Below, in pieces: positions 1-9,757 of a stretch of 64,000 nucleotides of DNA (the first letter of the stretch is position 1; the number at the start of each line of letters is the position of its first letter). This DNA is from Escherichia coli (lineage in GTDB: Bacteria; Pseudomonadota; Gammaproteobacteria; Enterobacterales; Enterobacteriaceae), in the NCBI RefSeq assembly GCF_017348835.2, contig NZ_CP071375.1, one strand, 5' to 3'. The notes beneath the pieces were generated by a model. It ran no database searches. It saw nothing but the letters and a program-made list of their open reading frames with translations, and was not told the origin of the DNA. The position numbers and the translations under genes are program-made.

Positions 1-148
1 AATTTACTTTTCTTTAACAGTTGATTCGTTAGTCGCCGATTACGACGGCATTAATGCGCAAATAAGTCGCTATACTTCGGATTTTTGCCATGCTATTTCT
101 TTACATCTCTAAAACAAAACATAACGAAACGCACTGCCGGACAGACAA

Positions 149-1336
149 ATGAACTTATCCCTACGACACTCTACCAGCGCCCTTCTTGCCTCGTCGTTGT
201 TATTAACCATCGGACGCGGCGCTACGCTGCCATTTATGACCATTTACTTGAGTCGCCAGTACAGCCTGAGTGTCGATCTAATCGGTTATGCGATGACAAT
301 TGCGCTCACTATTGGCGTCGTTTTTAGCCTTGGTTTTGGTATCCTGGCGGATAAGTTCGACAAGAAACGCTATATGTTACTGGCAATTACGGCCTTCGCC
401 AGCGGTTTTATTGCTATTCCCCTGGTGGACAGCGTCACGCTGGTGGTACTTTTTTTCGCACTCATCAACTGCGCCTATTCCGTTTTTGCCACAGTGTTGA
501 AAGCCTGGTTTGCCGACAATCTTTCATCCACCAGCAAAACGAAGATCTTCTCGATCAACTACACCATGCTCAATATTGGCTGGACCGTCGGCCCGCCACT
601 CGGCACGCTGTTGGTCATGCAGAGCATCAATCTGCCCTTTTGGCTGGCCGCTATCTGCTCTGCGTTTCCCATGTTTTTCATTCAAATTTGGGTAAAGCGC
701 AGCGAGAAAATCATCGCCACGGAAACAGGCAGTGTCTGGTCGCCGAAAGTTTTATTACAAGATAAAGCACTGTTGTGGTTTACCTGCTCTGGTTTTCTGG
801 CTTCCTTTGTTAGCGGCGCATTTGCATCATGCATTTCACAATATGTGATGGTGATTGCTGATGGGGATTTTGCCGAAAAGGTGGTCGCGGTTGTTCTTCC
901 GGTGAATGCTGCCATGGTGGTTACGTTGCAATATTCCGTGGGCCGCCGACTTAACCCGGCTAACATCCGCGCGCTGATGACAGCAGGCACCCTCTGTTTC
1001 GTCATCGGTCTGGTCGGTTTTATTTTTTCCGGCAACAGCCTGCTATTGTGGGGTATGTCAGCTGCGGTATTTACTGTCGGTGAAATCATTTATGCGCCGG
1101 GCGAGTATATGTTGATTGACCATATTGCGCCGCCAGGAATGAAAGCCAGCTATTTTTCCGCCCAGTCTTTAGGCTGGCTTGGTGCCGCGATTAACCCATT
1201 AGTGAGTGGCGTAGTGCTAACCAGCCTGCCGCCTTCCTCGCTGTTTATCATCTTAGCATTGGTGATCATTGCTGCGTGGGTGCTGATGTTAAAAGGTATT
1301 AACGCCAGACCCCAGAGGCAACCAGCACTCTGTTGA
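149..1336 (+). CDS. ydeE: MFS family transporter (12-TM-like hydrophobic profile)
   Basis: 395 aa ORF; MFS-like sequence; position upstream of mgtS/dgcZ as in K-12. Confidence 0.7.
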   Translation: MNLSLRHSTSALLASSLLLTIGRGATLPFMTIYLSRQYSLSVDLIGYAMTIALTIGVVFSLGFGILADKFDKKRYMLLAITAFASGFIAIPLVDSVTLVVLFFALINCAYSVFATVLKAWFADNLSSTSKTKIFSINYTMLNIGWTVGPPLGTLLVMQSINLPFWLAAICSAFPMFFIQIWVKRSEKIIATETGSVWSPKVLLQDKALLWFTCSGFLASFVSGAFASCISQYVMVIADGDFAEKVVAVVLPVNAAMVVTLQYSVGRRLNPANIRALMTAGTLCFVIGLVGFIFSGNSLLLWGMSAAVFTVGEIIYAPGEYMLIDHIAPPGMKASYFSAQSLGWLGAAINPLVSGVVLTSLPPSSLFIILALVIIAAWVLMLKGINARPQRQPALC

Positions 1337-1376
1337 CGTTCGTGCCGTTCCACTACTGGCACGGCTTCGCTAATCA

Positions 1377-1772
1377 TTATTCTGAGGCAAAGGCATAGCC
1401 TTCATCTTCCCAGCCGGTTATCCCGCCGAGCATGATTTTAACCGGCTTTCCGAGTCGAGCCAGTTTGAGTGCCGCACGGTCTGCACCGTTACAATGTGGC
1501 CCCGCGCAATACACCACAAATAGCGTATCGTCGGGCCATTCGGCCATTCTTTCTGCGGTCATTTGCTTATGGGGTAAATGGAGAGCGCCTGGGATATGCC
1601 GACGCGCGAAGTCCTCTTCACGTCCAACCACATGAAGTAAAACGAAATCATCGCCAATATAAGCCAGAGAGTCATGAACATCGGCGCAATCTGTTTCGAC
1701 ACTCAAGCGCGCGAGAAAATGCGCCTCAGCAACTTCTGGCTTCGCTGTGGTAAATTCAGTGACATAACGCAT
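1377..1772 (-). CDS. Rhodanese-domain sulfurtransferase-like protein
   Basis: 131 aa ORF with rhodanese-like motifs including an active-site Cys context (VVYCAGPHCNGA). Confidence 0.65.
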   Translation of the reverse strand: MRYVTEFTTAKPEVAEAHFLARLSVETDCADVHDSLAYIGDDFVLLHVVGREEDFARRHIPGALHLPHKQMTAERMAEWPDDTLFVVYCAGPHCNGADRAALKLARLGKPVKIMLGGITGWEDEGYAFASE

Positions 1773-1845
1773 ATTGCTTTGTCCTTTTGGTTTGTTGTGT
1801 TAACAATAATGTAACTAATCTACCTTTCACTGACCGCCTCTCGAT

Positions 1846-2838
1846 ATGCCAGAAATGAGCAAAATGATGACAACGTTACAACGTCCGCTGGTCATTGCAC
1901 TGGCATATGACGGGCTATGTACTTTTGAATTTGGCGTTGCCGTTGAAATATTCGGCCTGCCACGACCGGAACTGGGCGATAATTGGTATCGTTTTGCTGT
2001 TGCTGCGGTAGAACCTGGTGCGCTACAAGCCACCGGGGGGATCCACGTGGTTGCAGATGGTGGACTGGAGTTATTGCCCAACGCCGATATGATTATTATT
2101 CCTGGCTGGCGCGGAATAGATGCCAAAGTGCCGGAGATGCTATGCCAGTCATTGCGCGAGGCACACCAGCGCGGTACTCGCCTGGTATCAATATGCTCTG
2201 GCGTGTTTGTCCTTGCTGCTGCGGGCCTTCTTCATCAGCGAAAAGCAACCACCCACTGGCGCTACACTGAACAACTCCAGCACCGTTACCCTTCAATCAG
2301 CGTAAGTGACAATGTGTTATATCAGGATGAAGGACAAGTGATGACCTCCGCCGGAAGCGCCGCGGGGATCGATCTGTGTTTACATATCGTGCGCAAAGAT
2401 TTTGGTCATGAGATTGCTAATAATGTCGCCCGGCGACTGGTCATTCAGCCACATCGCCAGGGGGATCAACCACAAAATCTGACGCGCCCAATGGCCTCAC
2501 CGCGTGAAAGCCAGACGTTAGGTGCCTTATTCGACTTTTTGCAGCAGAATCTGGCACAAACACATACTGTGTCTTCCCTCGCCGAACGGGTAAATATGAG
2601 TCCGCGCACTTTTTTAAGACGTTTTGAGGCGTTAACTGGCATGACGCCCGCCCGCTGGCTGCTCAATGAGCGCTTAATACGAGTACAGGATTATCTGCAA
2701 AATTCGGTTTTTAACATCGAGAAAATTGCCGAGCTGACGGGTTTTGGCAATTCAGCGTTATTGCGTCATCACTTTCACCAACGTTTTTTATTATCTCCTT
2801 CGCAATATCGCAAAAACAGCCGTTCCCCATCACAATAA
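1846..2838 (+). CDS. GlxA-type transcriptional regulator (DJ-1/PfpI N-domain + AraC-type HTH C-domain)
   Basis: 330 aa ORF; N-terminal DJ-1/PfpI-like region (ICSGVFVLAAAGLL) and C-terminal AraC-type HTH. Confidence 0.65.
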   Translation: MPEMSKMMTTLQRPLVIALAYDGLCTFEFGVAVEIFGLPRPELGDNWYRFAVAAVEPGALQATGGIHVVADGGLELLPNADMIIIPGWRGIDAKVPEMLCQSLREAHQRGTRLVSICSGVFVLAAAGLLHQRKATTHWRYTEQLQHRYPSISVSDNVLYQDEGQVMTSAGSAAGIDLCLHIVRKDFGHEIANNVARRLVIQPHRQGDQPQNLTRPMASPRESQTLGALFDFLQQNLAQTHTVSSLAERVNMSPRTFLRRFEALTGMTPARWLLNERLIRVQDYLQNSVFNIEKIAELTGFGNSALLRHHFHQRFLLSPSQYRKNSRSPSQ

Positions 2839-2843
2839 TCGCC

Positions 2844-2879
2844 TGATTCAGCCTTTGTTTAGATAACCTCTGCTAATAT
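2844..2879 (+). promoter_or_regulatory. Candidate PhoP-box-like direct repeat (TGATTCA N4 TTGTTTA) plus -10 TAATAT upstream of mgtS
   Basis: Direct repeat 12 bp upstream of a TAATAT hexamer, about 65 bp before the mgtS ATG. Confidence 0.3.
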
Positions 2880-2945
2880 CTTTCTCATTGAGATGAAAAT
2901 TAAGGTAAGCGAGGAAACACACCACACCATAAACGGAGGCAAATA

Positions 2946-3041
2946 ATGCTGGGTAATATGAATGTTTTTATGGCCGTACTGGGAATAATTTTATTTTCTG
3001 GTTTTCTGGCCGCGTATTTCAGCCACAAATGGGATGACTAA
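2946..3041 (+). CDS. mgtS: Small membrane protein MgtS (31 aa)
   Basis: Translation MLGNMNVFMAVLGIILFSGFLAAYFSHKWDD; below the 60 aa cut-off of the ORF track. Confidence 0.85.
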   Translation: MLGNMNVFMAVLGIILFSGFLAAYFSHKWDD

Positions 3042-3068
3042 TGAACGGAGATAATCCCTCACCTAACC

Positions 3069-3108
3069 GGCCCCTTGTTACAGTTGTGTACAAGGGGCCT
3101 GATTTTTA
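3069..3108 (+). terminator. Rho-independent terminator after mgtS
   Basis: 10 bp perfect stem (ggccccttgt / acaaggggcc) followed by a T-run. Confidence 0.7.
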
Positions 3109-3116
3109 TGACGGCG

Positions 3117-3230
3117 AAAAAAAACCGCCAGTAAACCGGCGGTGAATGCTTGCATGGATAGATTTGTGTTTTGCTTTTACGCTAACAGGCATTTTCCTGC
3201 ACTGATAACGGATCGTTGACACAGTAGCAT
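3117..3230 (-). ncRNA. mgrR: Candidate MgrR-like PhoP-regulated sRNA (ends approximate)
   Basis: Minus-strand hairpin plus U7 terminator at 3117-3143 and PhoP-box-like repeat at 3250-3266; exact MgrR sequence not recalled. Confidence 0.4.
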
Positions 3231-3249
3231 CAGTTTTCTCAATGAATGT

Positions 3250-3266
3250 TAAACGGAGCTTAAACT
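3250..3266 (-). promoter_or_regulatory. PhoP-box-like direct repeat (AGTTTA N5 CGTTTA) on minus strand
   Basis: Two hexamers separated by 5 nt, overlapping the dgcZ stop codon. Confidence 0.4.
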
Positions 3267-4150
3267 CGGTTAATCACATTTTGTTCGTCAATAAACATGC
3301 AGCGATTTCTTCCGGTTTGCTTACCCTCATACATTGCCCGGTCTGCTCTTCCAATGACCACATCCAGAGGCTCTTCAGGAAATGCGCGACTCACACCTGC
3401 TGTCACGGTAATGTTGATATGCCCTTCAGAATGTGTGATGGCATGGTTATCGACTAACTGGCAAATTCTGACACCTGCACGACATGCTTCTTCATCATTA
3501 GCCGCTTTAACAATAATGATAAATTCTTCGCCCCCGTAGCGATAAACCGTTTCGTAATCACGCGTCCAACTGGCTAAGTAAGTTGCCAGGGTGCGTAATA
3601 CTACATCGCCGATTAAATGCCCGTAGGTATCATTAACCAATTTAAATCGGTCAATATCCAACAACATTAAATAAAGATTCAGAGGATCAGTGTTGCGTAA
3701 CTGATGATCAAAGGATTCATCAAGAACCCGACGCCCCGGCAATCCCGTCAAAACATCCATATTGCTACGGATCGTCAGCAAATAAATTTTGTAATCGGTT
3801 AATGCCGCAGTAAAAGAAAGCAACCCCTCCTGAAAGGAGTCGAAATGCGCGTCCTGCCAGTGATTTTCAACAATAGCCAGCATTAATTCCCGACCACAGT
3901 TATGCATATGTTGATGGGCAGAATCCATTAGCCGAACGTAAGGTAATTCATCGTTATCGAGTGGCCCCAGATGATCAATCCACCGACCAAACTGGCACAG
4001 TCCATAAGAATGGTTATCCGTTATTTCTGGCTTACTGGCATCTCTCGCGACCACGCTGTGAAACATACTCACCAGCCACTGGTAGTGGGCATCGATAGCC
4101 TTATTGAGATTTAACAAGATGGCATCAATTTCCGTTGTCTTCTTGATCAT
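3260..4150 (-). CDS. dgcZ: Diguanylate cyclase DgcZ (zinc-sensing domain + GGDEF)
   Basis: ORF with GGEEF motif; start taken at MIKKTTEID. Confidence 0.85.
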   Translation of the reverse strand: MIKKTTEIDAILLNLNKAIDAHYQWLVSMFHSVVARDASKPEITDNHSYGLCQFGRWIDHLGPLDNDELPYVRLMDSAHQHMHNCGRELMLAIVENHWQDAHFDSFQEGLLSFTAALTDYKIYLLTIRSNMDVLTGLPGRRVLDESFDHQLRNTDPLNLYLMLLDIDRFKLVNDTYGHLIGDVVLRTLATYLASWTRDYETVYRYGGEEFIIIVKAANDEEACRAGVRICQLVDNHAITHSEGHINITVTAGVSRAFPEEPLDVVIGRADRAMYEGKQTGRNRCMFIDEQNVINRV

Positions 4151-4404
4151 TGCCACTCCTTTTTCACAGTTCCTTGTGCGCGCTATTCTAACGAGAGAAA
4201 AGCAAAATTACGTCAATATTTTCATAGAAATCCGAAGTTATGAGTCATCTCTGAGATAACATTGTGATTTAAAACAAAATCAGCGGATAAAAAAGTGTTT
4301 AATTCTGTAAATTACCTCTGCATTATCGTAAATAAAAGGATGACAAATAGCATAACCCAATACCCTAATGGCCCAGTAGTTCAGGCCATCAGGCTAATTT
4401 ATTT

Positions 4405-4797
4405 TTATTTCTGCAAATGAGTGACCCGAACGACGGCCGGCGCGCTTTTCTTATCGAGACTGCCGCTAATGTTGATCATCTGGTCCGGCTGAACTTCTCG
4501 TCCATCAAAGACGGCCGCAGGAATCACGACATTAATTTCACCGCTCTTATCGCGAAAAACGTAACGGTCCTCTCCTTTGTGAGAAATCAAATTACCGCGT
4601 AGTGAAACCGAAGCGCCATCGTGCATGGTTTTTGCGAAATCAACGGTCATTTTTTTTGCATCATCGGTTCCGCGATAGCCATCTTCTATTGCATGAGGCG
4701 GCGGTGGCGCTGCATCCTGTTTTAAACCGCCCTGGTCATCTGCCAACGCATAAGGCATGACAAGAAAACTTGCTAATACAATGGCCTGAAATTTCAT
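4405..4797 (-). CDS. ydeI: Periplasmic OB-fold (YgiW/BOF family) protein
   Basis: 130 aa with signal peptide; position between dgcZ and ydeJ. Confidence 0.75.
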
Positions 4798-5072
4798 ACT
4801 GACTCCTTAATTGCGTTTGGTTTGACTTATTAAGTCTGGTTGCTATTTTTATAATTGCCAAATAAGAATACTGCCAATTGTTATAAGGCATTTAAAATCA
4901 GCCAACTAGCTGTCAAATATACAGAGAATTTAACTCACTAAAGTTAAGAAGATTGAAGAGTCTTAAACATATTTTCAGAATAATCGGATTTATAAATTTG
5001 AATATTATTATAATGGAAGAGCATACAGAAAAAGCAAATCACCTTTACATATAATAGCGTGGACAAAAAACA

Positions 5073-5591
5073 GTGAACATTAATAAAGATAAAATTGTAC
5101 AACTCGCAGATACCGACACTATTGAAAACCTGACATCCGCGTTGAGTCAAAGACTTATCGCGGATCAATTACGCTTAACTACCGCCGAATCATGCACCGG
5201 CGGTAAGTTGGCTAGCGCCCTGTGTGCAGCTGAAGATACACCCAAATTTTACGGTGCAGGCTTTGTTACTTTCACCGATCAGGCAAAGATGAAAATCCTC
5301 AGCATAAGCCAGCAATCTCTTGAACGATATTCTGCGGTGAGTGAGAAAGTGGCAGCAGAAATGGCAACCGGTGCCATAGAGCGTGCGGATGCTGATGTCA
5401 GTATTGCCATTACCGGCTACGGCGGACCGGAGGGCGGTGAAGATGGTACGCCAGCGGGCACCGTCTGGTTCGCGTGGCATATTAAAGGCCAGAACTACAC
5501 TGCGGTTATGCATTTTGCTGGCGACTGCGAAACGGTATTAGCTTTAGCGGTGAGGTTTTCCCTCGCCCAGCTGCTGCAATTACTGCTATAA
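5073..5591 (+). CDS. ydeJ: CinA C-terminal domain (PncC-like) protein
   Basis: 172 aa ORF. Confidence 0.75.
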   Translation: MNINKDKIVQLADTDTIENLTSALSQRLIADQLRLTTAESCTGGKLASALCAAEDTPKFYGAGFVTFTDQAKMKILSISQQSLERYSAVSEKVAAEMATGAIERADADVSIAITGYGGPEGGEDGTPAGTVWFAWHIKGQNYTAVMHFAGDCETVLALAVRFSLAQLLQLLL

Positions 5592-5635
5592 CCAGGCTGG
5601 CCTGGCGATATCTCCAGGACAGCCATTGGTGGTGT

Positions 5636-7681
5636 TTATACGTTCAAGCCACGATGTTGCAGCATCGGCATAATCTGAGGTGCCTTACCGCGCCATTGTC
5701 GATACAGGCGTTCCAGATCTTCGCTGTTACCTCTGGAAAGGATCGCCTCGCGAAAACGCAGCCCATTTTCACGCGTTAGTCCGCCCTGCTCAACAAACCA
5801 CTGATAACCATCATCGGCCAACATTTGCGTCCACAGATAAGCGTAATAACCTGCGGCATATCCGCCACCAAAAATATGGGCGAAATAACTGCTGCGATAG
5901 CGTGGCGGTATAGCAGGAAGATCCATATTTTCCGCCACCAGCGCCCGCAATTCGAAATCATCGACATCCTGCATTGCTTCGTTTTCTTCCAGGCAATGCC
6001 AGCGCATATCGAGAAGTGCGGCGCTAAGCAGTTCGCTCATCTCATACCCTTTGTTGAACAGGCTGGCATTACGCATTTTCTGTTGCAGTTCGTCAGGCAT
6101 TGCTGCCCCGCTCTGATAATGCCGGGCGTAGCGAGCGAATACCTGCGGATGCGTTGCCCAGTGTTCGTTGATTTGCGAAGGAAATTCGACAAAATCACGC
6201 GGCGTGTTGGTGCCGGAAAGCGTGGCATAACGCTGGCGGGCAAAAAGGCCGTGCAGCGTATGACCAAATTCATGGAATAAGGTTATGACATCATCCCAGA
6301 GTAACAACGTAGGCTCACCGGCAGCAGGTTTCTGATAATTGCAGACGTTATAAATTACCGGATGCGTTTCATTAAGCGTTGATTGCTCAACAAAATTGCC
6401 CATCCATGCACCGCCGCTTTTTGAATCACGGGCGAAGAAATCACCGTAAAATAACGCCAGCCCCACGCCATTATGATCAAAAATTTCCCACACCCGAACG
6501 TCAGGATGGTAGACAGGAATATCAAAACGTTCGACAAACTTAATACCGAAGAGCTGATTCGCGGTCCAGAATACACCTTCATTCAACACCGTGTTTAATT
6601 CAAAATATGGCTTGAGCTGCGCCTCATCAAGATCAAATTTCTCCCGCCGTACCTGTTCGGCATAAAATGCCCAGTCCCACGGCTGCGCGCTAAACCCGCC
6701 TTGCTGCTTATCGATAACCGCCTGTATGGAGGCTAATTCATCGCTCGCACGTTGACGCGCCGCTGGAACAATTTCCCGCATAAAGTTAAGTGCTGCTTCA
6801 GGTGTTTTTGCCATCTGATCGGCGATTTTCCATGCGGCATAATGAGGAAAACCAAGTAATGTCGCCTGTTGTGCACGGATCTCCACCAGACGTTGAATGA
6901 TAGCGCGGGTATCATTGGCATCATTTTTTTCCGCTCGCGTCCAGCCCGCAATAAACAGTTTTTCACGCGTCGCACGATCGCGCATTTCGGCAAGCGCCGG
7001 TTGTTGGGTGGTATTCAGCAGCGGAATCAGCCATTTGTTATCCAGACCTTTCTCGCGAGCCGCCTCTGCCGCCAGCGCAATCTCTTGCTCACTCATTCCT
7101 GCCAGCTGCGCGATATCGTTCACAACCAGACCGCCGGATTTATTTGCTGCCAGTAATCGCTGGTTAAACTGGCTGGTCAGGGTCGCAGCTTCTGTATTCA
7201 GTACTTTTAATTTTGCTTTATCAGCTTGAGCAAGTTTGGCTCCGGCAAGGACAAAACGTTGATGAATCACCTCCACCAGGCGGATGGATTCACTATCAAG
7301 CCCCAGGGATTCACGGCGCTGCCAGACAGCATCTACCCGCGCGAATAATTCACCGTTCAGATAGATATCATTAGCAAGTTCCGCCAGTTCAGCGGAAAAC
7401 TGTTCATCAAGACGCTGTAATTCATCATTGGTATGCGCCGCAGTCATCGCAAAAAAGACGCTGGTAACGCGGGTAAGTAATTCTCCGCTTTGTTCCAGTG
7501 CCAGAATAGTATTGTTGAAATCAGGCGTTTGCGGGTTAAGCGCGATGGCAGCAATTTCTGCCCGCTTTTGCTGCATTCCCTCATCGAATGCCGGGCGATA
7601 GTGATGATTGGCAATTTGATCAAAATGAGGAGCCAGATACGGCAATGTGCTTTGCACAAGGAAAGGATTCATTGTTGTCAT
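5636..7681 (-). CDS. dcp: Peptidyl-dipeptidase Dcp (M3 zinc metallopeptidase)
   Basis: HEFGH zinc motif; start taken at MTTMNPF (681 aa). Confidence 0.9.
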   Translation of the reverse strand: MTTMNPFLVQSTLPYLAPHFDQIANHHYRPAFDEGMQQKRAEIAAIALNPQTPDFNNTILALEQSGELLTRVTSVFFAMTAAHTNDELQRLDEQFSAELAELANDIYLNGELFARVDAVWQRRESLGLDSESIRLVEVIHQRFVLAGAKLAQADKAKLKVLNTEAATLTSQFNQRLLAANKSGGLVVNDIAQLAGMSEQEIALAAEAAREKGLDNKWLIPLLNTTQQPALAEMRDRATREKLFIAGWTRAEKNDANDTRAIIQRLVEIRAQQATLLGFPHYAAWKIADQMAKTPEAALNFMREIVPAARQRASDELASIQAVIDKQQGGFSAQPWDWAFYAEQVRREKFDLDEAQLKPYFELNTVLNEGVFWTANQLFGIKFVERFDIPVYHPDVRVWEIFDHNGVGLALFYGDFFARDSKSGGAWMGNFVEQSTLNETHPVIYNVCNYQKPAAGEPTLLLWDDVITLFHEFGHTLHGLFARQRYATLSGTNTPRDFVEFPSQINEHWATHPQVFARYARHYQSGAAMPDELQQKMRNASLFNKGYEMSELLSAALLDMRWHCLEENEAMQDVDDFELRALVAENMDLPAIPPRYRSSYFAHIFGGGYAAGYYAYLWTQMLADDGYQWFVEQGGLTRENGLRFREAILSRGNSEDLERLYRQWRGKAPQIMPMLQHRGLNV

Positions 7682-7817
7682 TTTCTTCTCCTGAACGCGA
7701 GGTGTTCCATAGCGTAGGCTTACTGATAACGGAGTGCAATCTTGCAAACCAGTATTACCCGCTCTTAAGCATCACGTGCTATGTTATTGACACACAAAAG
7801 CGTTGAGGAACAGTGAG

Positions 7818-8564
7818 ATGATCGTTTTAGTAACTGGAGCAACGGCAGGTTTTGGTGAATGCATTACTCGTCGTTTTATTCAACAAGGGCATAAAGTTAT
7901 CGCCACTGGCCGTCGCCAGGAACGGTTGCAGGAGTTAAAAGACGAACTGGGAGATAATCTGTATATCGCCCAACTGGACGTTCGCAACCGCGCCGCTATT
8001 GAAGAGATGCTGGCATCGCTCCCTGCCGAGTGGAGCAATATTGATATCCTGGTAAATAATGCTGGCCTGGCGTTGGGCATGGAGCCTGCGCATAAAGCCA
8101 GCGTTGAAGACTGGGAAACGATGATTGATACCAACAATAAAGGCCTGGTATATATGACGCGCGCCGTCTTACCGGGTATGGTTGAACGTAATCATGGTCA
8201 TATTATTAACATTGGCTCAACGGCAGGTAGCTGGCCGTATGCCGGTGGTAACGTTTACGGTGCGACGAAAGCGTTTGTTCGTCAGTTTAGCCTGAATCTG
8301 CGTACGGATCTGCATGGTACGGCGGTGCGCGTCACCGACATCGAACCGGGTCTGGTGGGTGGCACCGAGTTTTCCAATGTCCGCTTTAAAGGCGATGACG
8401 GTAAAGCGGAAAAAACCTATCAAAATACCGTTGCATTGACGCCGGAAGATGTCAGCGAAGCCGTCTGGTGGGTGTCAACGCTGCCTGCTCACGTCAATAT
8501 CAATACCCTGGAAATGATGCCAGTTACCCAAAGCTATGCCGGGCTGAATGTCCACCGTCAGTAA
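7818..8564 (+). CDS. ydfG: NADP-dependent 3-hydroxy acid dehydrogenase (SDR family)
   Basis: TGATAGFG Rossmann motif; 248 aa from MIVLVTG. Confidence 0.85.
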   Translation: MIVLVTGATAGFGECITRRFIQQGHKVIATGRRQERLQELKDELGDNLYIAQLDVRNRAAIEEMLASLPAEWSNIDILVNNAGLALGMEPAHKASVEDWETMIDTNNKGLVYMTRAVLPGMVERNHGHIINIGSTAGSWPYAGGNVYGATKAFVRQFSLNLRTDLHGTAVRVTDIEPGLVGGTEFSNVRFKGDDGKAEKTYQNTVALTPEDVSEAVWWVSTLPAHVNINTLEMMPVTQSYAGLNVHRQ

Positions 8565-8652
8565 TTTTTATACCCGGCGTAACTGCCGGGTTATTGCTTG
8601 TCATAAAAAAGTGGTAGACTCATGCAGTTAACTCACTCACAAGCAAGAACGA

Positions 8653-9339
8653 ATGACCGTCGAAACGCAACTTAATCCCACACAGCCTGTCAATCAGCAG
8701 ATTTATCGTATCCTTCGTCGCGACATTGTCCATTGCCTGATTGCTCCAGGCACACCGTTGTCGGAAAAAGAAGTTTCTGTTCGTTTCAATGTGTCACGCC
8801 AGCCGGTTCGTGAAGCCTTTATTAAACTGGCGGAAAATGGTCTGATTCAAATTCGTCCGCAGCGTGGCAGCTACGTCAACAAAATTTCCATGGCCCAGGT
8901 GCGCAACGGCAGTTTTATCCGTCAGGCCATTGAGTGCGCGGTGGCGCGTCGGGCGGCGAGCATGATTACCGAAAGCCAGTGCTACCAACTGGAACAAAAT
9001 CTTCACCAGCAACGCATTGCCATTGAGCGCAAGCAACTGGATGATTTTTTTGAACTTGATGACAACTTCCATCAACTCCTGACGCAGATTGCCGACTGTC
9101 AACTGGCGTGGGATACCATTGAGAACCTGAAAGCGACCGTTGATCGCGTGCGCTATATGAGTTTCGACCATGTTTCTCCACCAGAAATGCTGTTACGCCA
9201 GCATCTTGATATTTTCTCTGCCCTGCAAAAACGTGATGGCGATGCGGTAGAACGTGCAATGACGCAACATTTGCAGGAAATCAGCGAATCCGTGCGCCAG
9301 ATCCGCCAGGAAAACAGCGACTGGTTTAGCGAAGAGTAA
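8653..9339 (+). CDS. ydfH: GntR-family transcriptional regulator
   Basis: 228 aa; N-terminal wHTH and FCD-like C-domain. Confidence 0.8.
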
Positions 9340-9515
9340 TTCATTTCCTCTCATCCCATCCGGGGTGAGAGTCTTTTCCCCCACCTTATGGCTCATGCAT
9401 GCATCAAAAAAGATGTGAGCTTGATCAAAAACAAAAAATATTTCACTCGACAGGAGTATTTATATTGCGCCCGTTACGTGGGCTTCGACTGTAAATCAGA
9501 AAGGAGAAAACACCT

Positions 9516-9719
9516 ATGACGACCTACGATCGTAACCGTAACGCAATCACCACTGGCAGCCGTGTTATGGTTAGCGGCACCGGTCACACTGGCAAGATCC
9601 TGTCGATTGATACTGAAGGTCTGACCGCTGAGCAAATCCGCCGCGGAAAAACCGTAGTTGTTGAAGGTTGTGAAGAGAAACTGGCACCTCTGGACCTGAT
9701 TCGTCTCGGCATGAACTAA
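9516..9719 (+). CDS. ydfZ: Small protein YdfZ (67 aa)
   Basis: ORF with RBS, followed by a strong terminator. Confidence 0.7.
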
Positions 9720-9726
9720 GCGTGTG

Positions 9727-9757
9727 AATGCCGCCGATGGCGGCATTGCTTTTTTTA
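9727..9757 (+). terminator. Rho-independent terminator after ydfZ
   Basis: aatgccgcc gatg ggcggcatt stem followed by T7. Confidence 0.7.

Noticed and set aside
5825-6280. Long plus-strand ORF (151 aa) inside dcp, with similar antisense ORFs inside stfQ (15914-16681), nohA (16821-17360) and ynfG/ynfH (43439-44059)
   Set aside because: Fully antisense to well-supported genes, with no independent coding evidence; treated as spurious.
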